From contig NC_043009.1 in the NCBI RefSeq assembly GCF_006345805.1, positions 992,001-1,056,000 of the forward strand: a stretch of 64,000 nucleotides of DNA, given 5' to 3'. The position numbers and the translations under genes are program-made. The notes beneath the pieces were generated by a model. That model had not been told where the DNA came from. It worked only from the letters and a program-made list of their open reading frames with translations, and searched no databases. Each line of letters starts with the position of its first letter. Position 1 is the stretch's first letter. Source of the stretch: Octopus sinensis. Taxonomy: Eukaryota. Shown one piece after another: positions 62,152 through 64,000 of this stretch.

Positions 62152-63741
62152 ATATATATATATAATGAAATTATTGTGTATAGTGCTCAGGTGCACTACA
62201 ACTCATGTACAGTACATAGAATTGTGTACAAAAGTGAATAGTGTACGGGTCATAATATGCATCTGTACTCAAGTTCCACAGAAGTAAAGTTGACCTAACA
62301 AACTTAAAGAATTAGAGAAAAATGCTGCATAGAGAGGGTGGTGATATAAAATTGTCACCACCCCAAGGAATTTTAGAAGGAATACAAGAGAAGACTATCA
62401 TCTACAAGGTTTATTCTATAGAGGAAAAGAAGATAGAAGTAATGGCAATAGAAAAAGCCTTAAGACCAATCTGGCAAGATATGTAATATGTTGCCAGGGG
62501 AAACAGATATGGCACAGTGGTAGTGTGTCTCAGAGTGGCAGTGAAGGCAAAGCTAATTTTGGTGACCCCATTGAGAACAGAAAGCGTGGTGCTTCTACCA
62601 ATGTACCTTGCAAGGAGGGCTTCCAGATTGAGGATAGAAGGAAATCCACCAGAAATTGATGTGGCCTGGGTAGCGGCTGCTGTTCTCCTAGGCAATGAGG
62701 ATGAAATAGCAGTCCTCCAGGTCATTAAGACAGAAGTAATGAACTGGAAGGGGCAGACATTGGGGTTGATTATCCCAGGATTGGTAGAGAGCTCAAAAAA
62801 ATGGTGGTGACATGGTATGAAGAGTTAGGGTAGATGGCAGAATCCCTCGATGCTTCAGATGTAGCCTAAAGGGCCACATTAGAGTGGACTGCCCTTCACC
62901 AAGAGAGAACACAAGAAGAGCTAGCAGAGAAAGATGTACCAACGGAAGAGGTAAAAGATGATGTATCATGGAAAGTTGTAGAGAATAGAAGAAAAAGGAA
63001 GAAAGCGAATCAAACAGGTAAAACCCACACCTTTTCAACCTCCCCTCTCTCCACTGACACCAGACTCACCCACTCCCTTCCGACACAAAAATAAAAAGGA
63101 AAAGCGCTGACACACAGGAACCCCCAAACTGCCCCTCCCCCCAGCCAAAGAAGAAAGTTGTTTTGCGTGTGTGTTGACCGAAGGTGCAAGTGAGGAACTG
63201 ATAGGGGAAGCAGTGAGTATGAAAGGCGCTGTGTCGGTTGATTTAGAGGGAGATGTGAACATTAGTGGGAGGCAAAAGGAAAGAGTGGAAAGATATAAAG
63301 GTGGGTTCACGGTGTGGAAGGTGAACATAAACATAAGCAATTTGCCGGGTGACATATTCTACACGGATCTCACAAAAAAGAGGAAAATAGACATTCTAAA
63401 ATAAGCGTTCAAAGTGGAAGGAAGTAAGTGAAGTTGCTTGGAGTGGGACGAATAACTTTGTTTTCTTTGTCATTCATGTTTTGTCATACGCTTTTTCTCA
63501 TTTTTTTGTAACGTTTTGTGTCCCCACATGTCTTTCTTTTGTCCCCTCTATGTTCGTCCTTAGTGGGCAATAAAAAATCAGTCATGATATACATATGTGC
63601 ATGCGAGGATATCAGGTGTAGTATTGGCGAATTTCAGGAAGGATGCAATGCCTTGGCAACTAACAACTGATGCAGATAGTTCGTTCCGTATCCATATCAG
63701 CTATCTGAAAAAGAAGCACACTTTAAAGCATTAGATCAGTA

Positions 63742-63813
<72 letters not shown>

Positions 63814-64000
63814 AGTAGTTGAATGAATTATCCTAGTATGGATAATTCGGTTAACCGATACCCGGGTAGCAAATTTACGTCAGAAATCACGGTTGAAGCT
63901 ACATGCCAAGGGCAGAAATCACGTGCTTTCGTGTGGAAATTTGTGTGTTTTTTGTTAAATGGTCGTTCGACTCCATTCTTTCATTTATATATATATATAT

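Noticed and set aside
62411-63404. Overlapping 77-106-aa ORFs on both strands
   Set aside because: No motif I can recognise; possibly a decayed retroelement. A profile search is needed before any call.
63840-63990. CpG-richer stretch with TTACGTCA and TCACGTG motifs
   Set aside because: Could be the promoter of a gene outside the window, but no exon supports it here.

Overview
AT-rich, microsatellite-laden animal genomic DNA with one 100-N gap (16603-16702). The SINE/LINE families and (TA)n density suggest an octopus-like cephalopod (inference). Two head-to-head spliced genes were read by hand. (1) The 5' part of NFRKB/INO80G on the - strand: coding exons 24132-24034 and 2948-2871 around a 21-kb intron, continuing past base 1. 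(2) A complete 8-exon EIF3F on the + strand (41430-58987, 278 aa). The rest is mostly mobile DNA: RTE-clade LINEs with a PHD-like finger inside the RT region and a tandem-array 3' UTR, CR1-like, Ty3/gypsy and Tc1 remnants, several tRNA-derived SINE families, MITEs, Helentron-like elements and Penelope-type GIY-YIG endonuclease modules. The most interesting unexplained signal is a set of at least five distinct families of type I hammerhead-ribozyme motifs. They include a covarying pair with a branched helix II, an A6U core variant, a tRNA-headed SINE with a hammerhead tail, and a motif enclosed by a 105-bp inverted repeat. Many sit in short (TA)n-flanked units or beside RT-less GIY-YIG modules. 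Ribozyme activity and mobility are untested inferences.
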